A stretch of DNA of 63,699 nucleotides, filler included, from Octopus bimaculoides (lineage: Eukaryota), in the NCBI RefSeq assembly GCF_001194135.2. It is 4 parts of 4 records of this genome, joined end to end, with 100 filler letters (N's around TTAATTAATTAA, not from the genome) between each part and the next. Parts side by side here need not be neighbours in the genome. Positions count along the whole stretch, not along the records: positions 1 to 26,524 come from NC_068983.1; 3 more parts are not named here. One strand, 5' to 3'. Both the position numbers and the translations under genes were made by a program. The notes under the pieces were generated by a model. It ran no database searches and had not been told where the DNA came from. It was given only the letters and a program-made list of their open reading frames with translations. Positions 1 to 12,734 of this stretch are shown here, in pieces (within the stretch, counting starts at the first letter, position 1; each line of letters opens with the position of its first letter).

Positions 1-329
1 TAATAAACACACGCACTGGTTCAGTCCTTTATTAATTTATATAGTTTTTTGTTAAATTATTTCATTGCACTCTTGCAATCTCTTTAGTAACTTGTCTCTC
101 CACTTCCATTTATTTTGAATGTATGATCTGGCGTGGTTTTAGCGTTGTTTTGGCGTTGTTTCGAAACTGTTTATTACCGGCATAATGCCTCTCCCAAGGT
201 TTAATTGTATTTCTTTCAACACACGTATCAACATCAAGAATCTTGCACACGAAATACACATACGAAATATATATATATATATATATATATATATTACCTT
301 ATTTCAGTCATTATATATATGTAAAACCT

Positions 330-686
330 TATTTTAGTCATTAGACTGCAGCCATGCTGGGACACCCCCTTAAAGTGTTTGTTGAAGATATCGGTCCCAG
401 TTCTTTTCATTAAATTGGCTACTTATTCTATCGGTCTCTATGCTGAACCACTAAGTTATTGGGACGCAAACAAATCAACAACGGTTGTCAAGCGGTGGTA
501 GTGGTGGGGAGTCAAGCACGACGACACACGCACACACACAGACACACACGACGGGTTTCTTTCAGTTTCTATCTGCCGAATCCACTCACAAGGCAAGACA
601 CTTGTCCAAGATGCCGCACAATGGAACTGAACCCCAAATCATACGGTTGGGAAGTAAGCTTCTCAACCACATAGCAACGCCTGCGC
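330..686 (-). mobile_element. tRNA-derived SINE, family B (head GGCGCAGGAGTGGCTGTGTGGTAAG type), degenerate copy
   Basis: Minus strand reads CGCAGGCGTTGCTATGTGGTTGAGAAGCTT...GGGGTTCAGTTCCATTGTGCGGCATCTTGGACAAGTGTC (A/B-box-like head), then an internal (GT)n stretch and a conserved tail. Same family as 12415-12700 and 52030-52398. Confidence 0.85.
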
Positions 687-2022
687 ATACAAAAAACTAA
701 GTTCGCCATGGCAGCACTTGTATATTATGTGTGTGTGTTTGTGTGTGCGTGTACGTATGTATATATTTTCCACAAAATTGTGATGTCCTTCGGGTAGGTA
801 TTATTTCACTCAGGTTGTTTCAATAGCATTAAGCGGACGAGACAGAATCACCTTCTTACTACTTTGGGTGCAAACGTTCTATCGCAGGTAACATTTAAAA
901 AATACTTGTTACTAGAGCTGACAGCGCGGTGAATTGAGCGTATATAGAATAAAATTGTTCTGCTTCAATATAAGGAAGAAACTTTGTTACAATGATTTGG
1001 CAATTCAATACATTAACCACAAGGACATTTTTTTTGAAAAATATATACATACGNNNNNNNNNNNNNNNNNNNNNNNNNNNNNNNNNNNNNNNNNNNNNNN
1101 NNNNNNNNNNNNNNNNNNNNNNNNNNNNNNNNNNNNNNNNNNNNNNNNNNNNNNNNNNNNNNNNNNNNNNNNNNNNNNNNNNNNNNNNNNNNNNNNNNNN
1201 NNNNNNNNNNNNNNNNNNNNNNNNNNNNNNNNNNNNNNNNNNNNNNNNNNNNNNNNNNNNNNNNNNNNNNNNNNNNNNNNNNNNNNNNNNNNNNNNNNNN
1301 NNNNNNNNNNNNNNNNNNNNNNNNNNNNNNNNNNNNNNNNNNNNNNNNNNNNNNNNNNNNNNNNNNNNNNNNNNNNNNNNNNNNNNNNNNNNNNNNNNNN
1401 NNNNNNNNNNNNNNNNNNNNNNNNNNNNNNNNNNNNNNNNNNNNNNNNNNNNNNNNNNNNNNNNNNNNNNNNNNNNNNNNNNNNNNNNNNNNNNNNNNNN
1501 NNNNNNNNNNNNNNNNNNNNNNNNNNNNNNNNNNNNNNNNNNNNNNNNNNNNNNNNNNNNNNNNNNNNNNNNNNNNNNNNNNNNNNNNNNNNNNNNNNNN
1601 NNNNNNNNNNNNNNNNNNNNNNNNNNNNNNNNNNNNNNNNNNNNNNNNNNNNNNNNNNNNNNNNNNNNNNNNNNNNNNNNNNNNNNNNNNNNNNNNNNNN
1701 NNNNNNNNNNNNNNNNNNNNNNNNNNNNNNNNNNNNNNNNNNNNNNNNNNNNNNNNNNNNNNNNNNNNNNNNNNNNNNNNNNNNNNNNNNNNNNNNNNNN
1801 NNNNNNNNNNNNNNNNNNNNNNNNNNNNNNNNNNNNNNNNNNNNNNNNNNNNNNNNNNNNNNNNNNNNNNNNNNNNNNNNNNNNNNNNNNNNNNNNNNNN
1901 NNNNNNNNNNNNNNNNNNNNNNNNNNNNNNNNNNNNNNNNNNNNNNNNNNNNNNNNNNNNNNNNNNNNNNNNNNNNNNNNNNNNNNNNNNNNNNNNNNNN
2001 NNNNNNNNNNNNNNNNNNNNNN

Positions 2023-2062
<40 letters not shown>
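2023..2062. repeat. (AG)n microsatellite at gap edge
   Basis: Direct sequence; abuts N-gap 1054-2022. Confidence 0.95.
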
Positions 2063-2069
<7 letters not shown>

Positions 2070-2552
2070 AAAACAAAAACAAAAAAAGATCTGTTGAAGA
2101 GAGTCTGAGACGCGCCTGAAGCTTTCCATTTCTTCGTGGTCGAGAAAGTCATTCACACTAAACAATTGCTGTTCCGTTGTTACTTATCACTTCTGCTATT
2201 GTTGTTGATGTTTTATTGCTGTTTTGATGTTGTTATTGTTATCGTGTTGAATTTCATATCCCCATGGTTACTGCTATAGCGCTTGCTTAAAATGTAAGTC
2301 GGCCACTCAACTCGAGACAAATGTAAAATGTTCCATCTCTTTCGAATCCAGTCCTGAACAAAAAAAGCGAACACTGTAAAGTCAACCATTTCGATACAAA
2401 AAACACTCCACTGCGTTACTTGAATTTTATTTAAATGTTGAAAAGTAATAAAAAAAAAAACCCCTTCTCCCAAATATAATTGAACAAGAGTACGTATTAT
2501 TTGAATACGATGAACATAGAGGGTATGCTTGCAATATATTTTAACTTCCTAA

Positions 2553-3110
2553 GGCGGCGAGCTGGCAGAATCGTTAGCTCGCCGGGCGAAGTGCTTAGCG
2601 GTATTTCGTCTGCCGCTACGTTCTGAGTTCAAATTTCATCGAGGTCGACTTTGCCTTTCATCCTTTCGGGATCGATTAAATAAGTACCAGTTACGCACTG
2701 GGGTCGATATAATCGACTTAATCCGTTTTTCTGTCCTTGTTTGTCCCCCTCTGTGTGTAGCCCCTTGTGGACAATAAAGAAATAAGAATCGTTAGCACGC
2801 CGGGCGAAATGCTTAATGGCATTTCGCGTGTCTTCACGTTTTGAGGTCAAATTCCGCCGATTCACTCCCTTCTAGAAATTGCTGGCTTTGTGCCAAAATT
2901 TGAAATCAATATATGTTAATGATCTTAGGTAGCGAGCTGGCGGAATCATTAGCAAGCCGGGCAAAATGCTTAGCATTTCTTTTTCGTCCGTCTTTACGTT
3001 CTGAGTTCAAATTCCGCCGGGGTCGACTTTGCCTTTCATCCTTTCGGGGTCGATTTGATCGACTTAGCCCCTCCCCCAATCCTGCTGCCCTTGTGCCAAA
3101 ATCTAAAAAC
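2553..3110 (+). mobile_element. Cluster of three SINE family A copies (about 2553-2780 full, 2786-2860 partial, 2927-3110)
   Basis: Head GGCGGCGAGCTGGCAGAATCGTTAGC (A box), GAGTTCAAATT (B box), and central GGTCGACTTTGCCTTTCATCCTTTCGGG domain repeated in each copy. Confidence 0.9.
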
Positions 3111-3599
3111 CAATATATTTTAACGTCCACAAAAGGCTGAAAGGAAAATGGCTTGTGATTGAATTTGAACTCTATACTGTAGGACAGTTTTCCTACATCA
3201 CCTATTCGCCCAATTTAATCTTACTAATAATGGTTTGTAATTCAGGTAAGAGGCCAATAGTTTTGAGGGGAGGGCGATAATCGATATCATCGATTTCAAT
3301 CTCATAATAGTCAGATTACTTAATGGTTTCATACCAGAAGTTGAGAACCTACTCCAACAATCATCAGAAATAACTGGAAGAATTGTATGGTTCTTTGAGC
3401 CCAAGAAATTTAATGACATGAGTTCTTTCTAAGCCTATCGAGTTCGCCCCTCTCGATAGTGCTACACTTATATACATACACGCACATGCATACGCATACA
3501 TATGTATGCAGACATACACACTGTATGATAATAAACACGTAGCAAATAAGGAAAGGTCACCTATACAGGGGCGAGGAACCGCATCTGAATTTGATCTGA

Positions 3600-4730
3600 A
3601 TATGACACTAATTCGCTTCCTATCCTATACTTTATGAAATGTTCTGACCTGAAAGTGTAACTCAGGTGTTGGAGTGGCTTACAAAGAGACCGCGGTGTAA
3701 AAACCATAACCACACAACGTGGTTATGGTTTCACAGATCATAGGCTTGAAAGCTGGTTTTCCTCAGCGGCCTTTTCCTAAAATATTTTGTTGTTTGTTCA
3801 AGTTGTCCATCAATGTTTCGTAGGCTATTCGAAGCACTGTGACTTACTTCTTGTTTGGGTTTACTTTTTACTTTCTTTTCTCTTTCTTCTCTACTGTCCC
3901 CGATCGCTTGTCACTCATTTCCGTCCTCCCTGTGTTTCTCATGGTCACAAGATGGAGTTGTACTACTAATTGTGATCGAGTGAGTTGACCACAAGTCATC
4001 GTCTTCGGAGCTGCAACCTGTGGTGCGACTGGTGATGCTTTGGAAACAAAGGTTCTTGGGACCAGTTGTTTTCGATTCTGCTTGTATTGTTGTTGATCTT
4101 GTTCTTGTTGCTGATTCTGCCTGTGCTGTTCTCTTTCTCCCATTCCCTTTCCAATTGGTCAGAAAATATTCAAATGGCTTTTACATCAACTTGTAACAGT
4201 TGTTCAAACAACCTTATCATTCTTCTTTCTGCAACCACAATGGAGGACAGCTGCGAAATATTTTTGTGGTCTTCGGAGTCATTAAGACTTATATGTCCAT
4301 AAAAAGCCCATCCGACTTTCATTTCTGATCATGCCAGCGCTTACCTACAGATCATACTATGCTAGAAAGGTGACGACAAGACAAAGGTCAGCGTGGCTGT
4401 CAATGTTCTTCGCAGTAACCCTCCTGTTGCATTCTACCATTTATCGGGGAACCAGCTAAATCTGTTTTTGTTTTTTTTTCACCTAGTTTTCAGTTTTGAA
4501 GGCCAGGCACTCACTCTCATATGACATGTCATGATCAACAGAGGAAACATGGAGTTACACAGATTTAGGATTCCTTCAGGTATTCGAGTGAGGGCAATGG
4601 CTGCACTCTTCCTCATTCGCGAAGCAGAAGTAATTCACTTTCCTCTATGCTCGTTCTTAAATAAATCTCTCAGACGAGGAGGCACTTTCATCAGGGAAAC
4701 GTCACAGTCACATTTTTGTTTCTCTTGTAG
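3600..4730 (-). mobile_element. Degenerate Tx1/L1-type LINE ORF1 fragment
   Basis: Minus translation near 4730-4540 (SYKRNKNVTVTFP.ESASRLRD...TRIPEG) parallels the Tx1 ORF1 segment at 11776-12090. It is followed by a Q/E/K-rich low-complexity tail (ORF 3868-4143). Many stops. Confidence 0.45.
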
Positions 4731-4745
4731 CTGAGTAATGTCATT

Positions 4746-4975
4746 GCGGCGAATTAGCAGAATCATTAGAGCGTCGGATAGAATGCCACGCAGTATTTAT
4801 TCCGACTCTCAGCATTTAATGTTTAAATCCAGCTAAAGTTGATTCCACCTTTAATCCTTCCGGGGTCGATAAAAAGAGTAGCAATCTAGGATGCTGGATT
4901 GGCGGAGCTGTAAGAACAGATGCCTCTCAGTATTTATTCCCGTTTCTCGCCTTCTGAGTTCTCACCCCGCCATGA
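4746..4975 (+). mobile_element. Two degenerate SINE family A copies
   Basis: GCGGCGAATTAGCAGAATCATTAG... and CCTTTAATCCTTCCGGGGTCGATAAAA; second head GGCGGAGCTG at about 4900. Confidence 0.7.
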
Positions 4976-5629
4976 CCTAAATGTTAAGTTGACTTAATTC
5001 AGTATCTGGTTTAACACTACCACCTTGGGTGCTTTCAGCAAGAATTCGGGCCAGGTCTCCGGTTTGAGGACACTTTCCTCTTTCCCTTCCATCTGTCTCA
5101 AAGGCCTTGCAAAAGGTCATGGGTATTGCCTTCCCTCCTGACTAAAACAGTAAAACAACTAATACAAAAATTGTTGTCAATTTTATTTGTGTCGTGTAAA
5201 TATATTGCTAAAATTCTTTGTTTACTTTTATTTGTGCAGTGTAAATTTATTGTTGAAATGTCGGTATATTTTTCATTTAACAAAGTCTATATTCAGCCTG
5301 TTTAATTGAGTTTCTTTCTTTTTCTCTTTGTACTTAGTGTTGTTCTGTTCATTAACTCTTTTCCACACCTCTAGAACAAGAAGCCATATTGAAATGAATG
5401 TAAACACACGAAATGAAATGTATGCCTAAGAAGCAGATGATTTTTTTTTGTCTAGCTCAGGAATTGCCTTAAACAAAAAAGGTCTGTTTTTTTTATTTAG
5501 ACACATTGTATTATAATAGTTGTATTTCGTGTGTTTATTTTCATTTCAATATGACTTTTTGTTCCAGATGTGTGGAAAAATACTAATGAACACAAAACTA
5601 AAACTTCGGCTATGTTTTACAACTTATGT

Positions 5630-6640
5630 TTTCAGAATTTGCCCGTTTAGCATCTTCGGTTTTGTCTGAACTTCAAAGCCTCTCACATTCTCTGAATAGT
5701 TCACCATTAACTGTAGCCAGACTTCTGGTGTGGTTTATATTTTGGTTTTCTGTGTTATTGTCTTCGATATTCTCCTCTCAACTCAACATTCTTCTTGCAT
5801 TCTTTCAGTTCATTCAACATCTTATAATAAGTTCTCGTTACTGACTTGGACAACCATAAAACACAGGATTTGCTGGCGGCGACAGATGTCCTTACATCGG
5901 ATATTTCCAGCCGATTGTTGGATTTTAGACAAGGACAACTCTTCATTTTCCTCTTTTTCTTTTCTTGTTACATTCGTTGGTTTCTAACTTCCCTCCGTAT
6001 TCCATCTCTTCTCTTTCGTTACCAGACGAGAAGGAATTGCTACTTGTTCCTGTGCTGGAGAAGATCTTTCAATCCTCATGGGATACTTTTTGACCACTCA
6101 GCACTGATGACAGTGAAAACGTTGAGGTTCTGGTTCCCTTTATTTTCACTTTGGCTATCATCGGAACTGTTATCGGTGGTTTTCTAGAAACACCAGTAGC
6201 AATGTGCTGTTGCGAGTTACCTCAGTGTTTAGCACCTGTCTATACTGTATCACCCATTTGACAATAACCCAAGTGGCAACATCAGTTCCAGTATCCTTGG
6301 TTGTGACCCTTATGTTTGTTTTCCCTATATGCTGCGGCTTGAATCGTAACAAGTGTGACGAACCAGCTCCTCCTGTCTCCTCGTTTCGTAATATGTCTCA
6401 AAAACTAGACATGTTCTTCACCCGGTCAATACCATACACATCTTCGAATGTCTCTTTTTCGGGAATAGGAAACTTCCTTTATACCCCGCCCCACGAAATA
6501 CGTAACAACCCCCCTCGTCTATTCCCGTAACTTCTCTTCTGCGCTTCTTCCTTTTAGAGATTGATCGATGGCCTCCAAAGGAAATATTGTTGTTATTGTT
6601 CGTGGTGTGGGGGTGTGTTTTTCTTAAAACCATTTAAATT
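5630..6640 (-). mobile_element. Degenerate LINE ORF1-like fragment (Tx1/L1-like)
   Basis: Minus frames give FPIPEKETFEDV...LLRFKPQHIGKTNIRVTTKDTGTDVATWVIVKW, then a coiled-coil-like YKMLNELKECKKNVELRGE, with in-frame stops and frameshifts. Confidence 0.4.
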
Positions 6641-7289
6641 TTCTTTTTCACTTGTCAAATATCTCTTTCTTGGCGATAAATATCTCTTTGTTTATAACTA
6701 ATTCCGAACCCTTTGTTAATAAAAAAGACCCACCACCACCACCACCAAAAAATCACTTTTCCATCCAGTAATTCTGGAAAATTATATTCTAAGTGGAGCT
6801 CTGGGAAATGCATGCATCTAGGCAAACGACACCAACAAGAATAGTTTCTAACATAGACACAAAACCTAGTATCATAAATCTATGTATTTGACTCTTTGAT
6901 TCATCGGAAGGAAAACAAGCGAATTTGACACTGGCGAGATTTGAACGCAGAACATTAGGAATCAGAACAAAAAAATCAAGAAAATTTCCCGATGCTCAAC
7001 GATTCTGTCAATTCGCCACTATCTATACTTTTAACGATATTTCAATGATTTCTTATATTAGAAAAAGGACCACATTATCGGAGAGAGATATAGTTAATCA
7101 ATTCAAACCCAGCACTTTATTTTATCGAATCCAAACAAAATTGACTTTGCTAGTATTCTGAAGGTAAAACGATATGAACTAAATACAGTAAGAAATTGTA
7201 TGTCACTTCTCCAATATTGCCGTTCTATCATCCAGCGGTAATAAAACTTTCTAACATTCAAGAACTGAAATTTTGAGTATGGGACTCAA

Positions 7290-7610
7290 AAGGGACTTAT
7301 TTTATGGAGTCCAAAAGGAGCAAAGGCAAAGTCGACTTCGGTGGAATTTGAAATCAGAAGAAACGCCGCCAAGCATTTCTTACAAGCAATTCTGCCAGAT
7401 AGCCGCTTTGCTCAGTAGTAATAACAATTCCTAAAATAGGTACAAGCCCATATACCTTGAGAAGTATGAAATTTCACAAGGCCCAGTAATCACCTGGTGT
7501 TTATTTTACTGACCCGGGTGGTTGAAAGGCGAAATCAGCTGTGATGGGAATAGTATTCAAAATATAAAGAGAGGAAAATAAATACCGCCAGGCATTTTCT
7601 TGGTGTTCTA
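7290..7610 (-). mobile_element. Two degenerate SINE family A copies
   Basis: Plus strand AAAGGCAAAGTCGACTTCGGTGGAATTTGAAATCAGAA and GTTGAAAGGCGAAATC are reverse complements of the family A core. Confidence 0.65.
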
Positions 7611-9019
7611 CCGATAAGCCTACAAGAAAATTTTGGTTTCTATTCAGCTAGGTACAAAGCCCATACAATTTATATCAATCATTTCACGTAAGTATGTGTA
7701 GGCAACACTATCTGAAACAGGTTCGTAGCCTGCAAAATATTTGTTGGGAGTCAACTACAGTTATCTCCCCTGTCGAATGTTCTAGAACATTCCAAGCAAA
7801 CATTGGTTAGCTACCCCTTTGCAAGCATACAAGGCGTAACTACTAAACCACACACATGAGGGCGTTAGAAGCAATATCACCTACTTAAGATCGATTTCTA
7901 ATTGAATTTCTCTCTTCTTCTCTAAGACGCGACGTGGTCAACATCGGAGAGAGAGCCAGGCACACGGATTCGATATTCTTTGCTACCAGCAACTCGCTAT
8001 GGTATTCTATGCCTAGTGCCTGTCTGAAAGTAATTATTGTAGTTTGAATTCCTCTTATTTTCTCACTGTCATCGTGGAACATGGTAAGATGTTCAGAAGC
8101 TTTTACTTCAATCCCAGATAACTTTATTGAACGTTGTGTACTCACAGTATGAATCCGTTTGTTACGCATCTGAATAAAACTTTGGATACGAAATTGTTCC
8201 CGCATGGACACAAGTGTTGTTGTTATTGCACAGAGGTATCTTACATCCATTGGATTAATGACTCAGTCCATTCATTAAAGTGTTGATATCTTCATTAGCG
8301 ACTTCCCTCGCTAAATATGCATTTAATTTAGGTTTCTGTAAAGTAAAGCGGAGAGAGAAAGTTTCCCTTGGATAAGGTGGTAGTCTATAACAGCAAATGA
8401 CCTTCAACAGAAGGAATTGAACTTTTAATTATATTCCAACTATACTCTGGGTCTATCTTACTTACTGTGCTGCTATTGTTGCACAGAGTAGCGAAATCTG
8501 TCATTCTATGATACTTTGGTGAATTTAGCTCTTGTCTTGGCCTGGGACAGAGCGATGTCGATGACAATAAGAAGCGAAACACTGAATCGCTACCTGTACG
8601 TTATCTTGTTTAATCTATCAACCATCGGTAAGGAATTTCCTATTGTGGTATTTATGATTTTTCTAAAAGCGTTTGAAGTGTGATTGAAGGAACTCCGCGT
8701 CAATTGAAACTCGAAACATGGCTGCCTCCCGCGAAAGTGCTTTCCTCTTTCAACTTCTCACCCTCTTCACCTGCTTAATCAGCCATCAGCCATCAATCAG
8801 CCTGCCAGCTAAAACTGTAGCTGGTCTAGTCTGTAAATAGATTGGTTTGAGTCTACAGGAAAATATTTATAACATATTCAATTATGAGGTTATCAGTAAG
8901 TCATGTGACCTGACCACTTCCATAGCGTGATTGTCTGCTTACGTCAGTATGCAGTGATGGCACGATGATATTTGCGTGTTTGTGCTAATGGAGTATATGT
9001 TTGTGTGTGTGTGTTTGAG

Positions 9020-9050
<31 letters not shown>

Positions 9051-9372
9051 GACGTACGTGTGAGTGTGTCTTATGTGTTTTTATTTTGGTTTTGAATGTG
9101 TCTATGAGGTAGGTTTATGTGTAAAACAATGCTTTCTTGTGTGTGTCTGTATCGGTGTGTGTTTGTTATAGTGTAACCTGTTTATAGTATTGTATACACG
9201 TATGTGTATACAATATGCATGCATGTATGTACATGAATATATATATGCGTGTGTGTGTGTGTGTATTTATGCATACACATATACATACACTTACACAGAC
9301 TCAGACATAGACACACACACATATGTAAATGTAAATAAGCACACACACACACACACATAAACATATATATAT

Positions 9373-9408
<36 letters not shown>

Positions 9409-9869
9409 AATATAAGTATATATATATGTACACACACACGCACATACACACACACACACGCACATACATACACACACGCACAAAGTATGATATCAAAAGT
9501 TGACAGTCTGTTCTATGTTTCATCGTTGGTTTTTCACAACTTCCATGAACAACCAATGGTGAAACTCAGAGAAGGCTTTTGACTTTTGATATTTAGGTGA
9601 ACTCACAACAATCGAGTTCACCTAAATACTATAGAATGATATATTTCACTACTCCGAGCAGCAAAATGAAACAGACCTGGGGTATCGTTGTGGCATAAGT
9701 AAAAATTCAACTCCTGTTATTATATTATTGCAATATAATTAGTTAGAGAGATTAAATAATTCAGAGACAACATTCACAAGATCTGTTGATGAGTCCGCAA
9801 TAAAACTGAAACATCCAAAAGTTTCTTTTGTGGTTTCTGGAAAAATGAAAATAGTGCTGAAAATCTTTC

Positions 9870-10520
9870 CATTATACCAACCCCCACCTTCGACCTTCTT
9901 GCGTCACTACCTGTAAGCCAAGTCCCTCATGTCAACGCCCTGTACCATCAGTCTCCGATCCACGACTCGCCAACTAATCTGAATTATAATAATAATCCTG
10001 CTAATATAAACGCGAACACCAATGACTCCCCAGAAATTGAACTATTATCCAATAATAACTCCCCAAATAATAAATTTAAATTATTAGAAAATATTGGGTG
10101 TAATTACTTAGACAAAACATCTTGTCCGCTTCCGGCTCGATGTTTAGAGCAAAACGTGGTTTACAAGTGAGATGTTATTGCAGAGACCAATACTTACACT
10201 TATACTGGCTGCTCCGTAAATCTTAAGGGACGTTTACGCAAATTAAGACATTGGGCTAGCAGGACGTCTCTAGCCACGAAGATCTGGGAGATCAAAGGCG
10301 ACATTGTTAAATTTGATTTAAGTTGGGACATCATTAGGGTCGCTAAACCGTACTTAAACAATAGATACGGATGCAAACTTTGCTGTATAGAGCTATTTGA
10401 AATTTTAAGGAGATCTAATAGTGAAAATCTACTAAATGATAAACTAGACCTTCGCCTTTCTTGTATACATAAGGTTACCCGCACATTTAAATTCTTTAAC
10501 GACATTAAACAACCTTGATA
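9870..10520 (+). mobile_element. Penelope-like element: N-rich linker plus GIY-YIG endonuclease remnant
   Basis: Plus translation GCNYLDKTSCPLPARCLEQNVVYK*DVIAETNTYTYTGC...LKGRLR...TSLATKIWEIK...WDIIRVAKPY...CKLCCIE...LLNDK matches the PLE GIY-YIG layout (CxC..CPLxGxCL..VVY..YIG..FKxR..LSxxIW..W.I..A.PY..CxLC). Confidence 0.8.
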
Positions 10521-11282
10521 ATAGCCTCAAACCTAGGTCCAATTCTATTTTACCATCTGTCTCGTGGACTCTTTCTTTACGAGACATCCTAGCCTCATTG
10601 TTTTTCTTTTCTCCCACTTTACCAATGTCTTTCAATCGCTCTTAATATACTTGGTTACTGTTCTATACTGGAGGAACATACCTTTCTATCTGTCGTGTAC
10701 CCGGTTCTATGCAATAATGATCACAACGATACTTTATCTCTAGTAGCAGCCTCGCAAAAGTGGTAACAAACNNNNNNNNNNNNNNNNNNNNNNNNNNNNN
10801 NNNNNNNNNNNNNNNNNNNNNNNNNNNNNNNNNNNNNNNNNNNNNNNNNNNNNNNNNNNNNNNNNNNNNNNNNNNNNNNNNNNNNNNNNNNNNNNNNNNN
10901 NNNNNNNNNNNNNNNNNNNNNNNNNNNNNNNNNNNNNNNNNNNNNNNNNNNNNNNNNNNNNNNNNNNNNNNNNNNNNNNNNNNNNNNNNNNNNNNNNNNN
11001 NNNNNNNNNNNNNNNNNNNNNNNNNNNNNNNNNNNNNNNNNNNNNNNNNNNNNNNNNNNNNNNNNNNNNNNNNNNNNNNNNNNNNNNNNNNNNNNNNNNN
11101 NNNNNNNNNNNNNNNNNNNNNNNNNNNNNNNNNNNNNNNNNNNNNNNNNNNNNNNNNNNNNNNNNNNNNNNNNNNNNNNNNNNNNNNNNNNNNNNNNNNN
11201 NNNNNNNNNNNNNNNNNNNNNNNNNNNNNNNNNNNNNNNNNNNNNNNNNNNNNNNNTATATATATATATATATATATGTATA

Positions 11283-11319
11283 GGCGCAGGAGTGGCTGTG
11301 TGGTAAGTAGCTTGCTTAC
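11283..11319 (+). mobile_element. Truncated head of SINE family B
   Basis: GGCGCAGGAGTGGCTGTGTGGTAAGTAGCTTGCTTAC, stopping before the B box. Confidence 0.8.
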
Positions 11320-12090
11320 TGCGCATGCGTCGGTCTATTCGCTGTGCTGCTTTTTGATGAGTCGGACGGAACGTTTTGTGCTGCTTGGCAGCGGTTTGTC
11401 AGTGGGTGTTATATCGGTTGAAAAAATGTATTCAGACCTTAGCGAGTATGAGCTGTCCTCAGCGGAGGAGGAGCTTGTTAAGGCGGTAAATAGAATGGAC
11501 AAGCATTTGGAAAGAGTAAAGAGTTTTGCTGAGGCTGCAGAGGTGAAGAAAAGGGAGATGGACCCAGCCGGACTGAAGGAGCTGAGTAAGATGACACAGA
11601 AGGTGGGCGGTGACGTAAAGTTATTACCCCCGAAAAGGGTTATGAAAAATATGGAAGACCATTACTTACAAGGTGTACTCGGTGGAGAGTAGGAAGGTGG
11701 AACAGATGGCGATGGAAAAAATAGAAAAGGCATTGAAAAGACTTTCGAAGGAAGTGTCATACATAGCGAAAGGAAGTGTCATACATAGCGAAAGGAAGTA
11801 GATATAGGACGGTGGTTGTCCGGTTTGGGATAGCAGAGGGGGCAAAGAGGCTGGCGAGTGCGACGGTGAAAGCGGAGGAAGTGGTACTTCTACCCACGTA
11901 TCTTGGAAGAAATACTTCTAAGGTGAGGGTAGAAGGAATTCCACTCGATATAGAAGTGGCTTGGGTTGCGGCAGCCGTCCTCGTTGGAAGTGAGGAGGAG
12001 GTGGCTGTCCTCCAAGCCACGGAAACGGAGGACGGAGGACGGAGAGGAAAAACACTGGACCTCATTATACAGACTAAATTCCATGTGTAG
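11320..12090 (+). mobile_element. Tx1-type LINE 5' end: 5'UTR plus disrupted ORF1
   Basis: ATG at 11426 (MYSDLSEYELSSAEEELVK...) continues after frameshifts into SYIAKGSRYRTVVVRF...LLPTYLGRNTSKVRVEGIPLDIEVAWVAAAVL (RRM-like ORF1). A 22-bp tandem duplication lies at about 11746-11800. Confidence 0.65.
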
Positions 12091-12414
12091 ATTCTTTTAA
12101 ATTTTGAAAATGAAATATATTTTAATAAACATTAAACGTTATAATCATTGAATGTACACCTTTTTTTGGACACCCTGAACGCTGACAATAATTTTCAGAG
12201 GTGAAACCAGGATCAATGGGAGCTGAAATCGGGACCACGTAGGTCTCAAAAGGCACATCAGTTGGGTTCAGTATTAAGAGACTGTGATTCCCCTCTCCTC
12301 ACTCCTCACTAGCCAGAGATATTTTACTTGATAGAACATGCATACAAATATTGTCAAGCAGAACAGAAGCATTTAAAAATACATTTAACTTCATGTATTT
12401 TTTATGTTCTTTTA

Positions 12415-12700
12415 GTTGTTTCAGTCATTTGACTGAAGGGTTTTAGTCGAACAAATCGGCCCCAAGAACTTATTACTTATTCTATCGATTTCTTGGTGAA
12501 CCGCTATGTCACGGGGATGTAAACACATCGACACCGGTAGTTAAGCGGTGTTGAGAGGACAAACACAGCCACAAAAACACACACAGATATATATATACAT
12601 GACAGGTTTCTTTCAAGACACCTGCCTAAGGTGCCACGCAGTGGGACTGAACCCGGAACCAGGTGATTGGGAAGCAAGCTTCTTACCACACAGCCACGCC
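12415..12700 (-). mobile_element. SINE family B, near full length
   Basis: Minus strand GGCGTGGCTGTGTGGTAAGAAGCTTGCTTCCCAATCACCTGGTTCCGGGTTCAGTCCCACTGCGTGGCACCTTAGGCAGGTGTC. Confidence 0.9.
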
Positions 12701-12734
12701 TTCGTCTATTGTTATAAAAAAAATATTTTATTCA

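Noticed and set aside
934-2165. Long ORFs (300-390 aa) here and at 10721-11692, 16572-17741, 19993-20859, 24889-26048, 41850-42389 and 52197-53445
   Set aside because: Made of X from N-gaps plus microsatellite translations; not genes.
2553-2640. tRNA-like A/B boxes in SINE heads
   Set aside because: No cloverleaf or acceptor stem and fused to SINE bodies; not tRNA genes.
6100-6125. CTGATGA-CAGT-GAAA hammerhead-like spacing
   Set aside because: No stem II, stem III or stem I pairing; lies inside a LINE ORF1 remnant.
7885-8600. Minus ORFs of 121 and 65 aa
   Set aside because: No motif I can recognise with confidence and no splice-bounded frame; probably decayed TE.
9182-9556. ORFs rich in CV/YI/HT repeats (also 21197-22371 and 25870-26048)
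   Set aside because: Translations of (CA)n, (TA)n and (TATG)n microsatellites.
9785-9830. TTGATGA...GAAAC hammerhead-like motif upstream of the Penelope GIY-YIG fragment
   Set aside because: Stems I and II do not pair; position is suggestive but the evidence is too weak.
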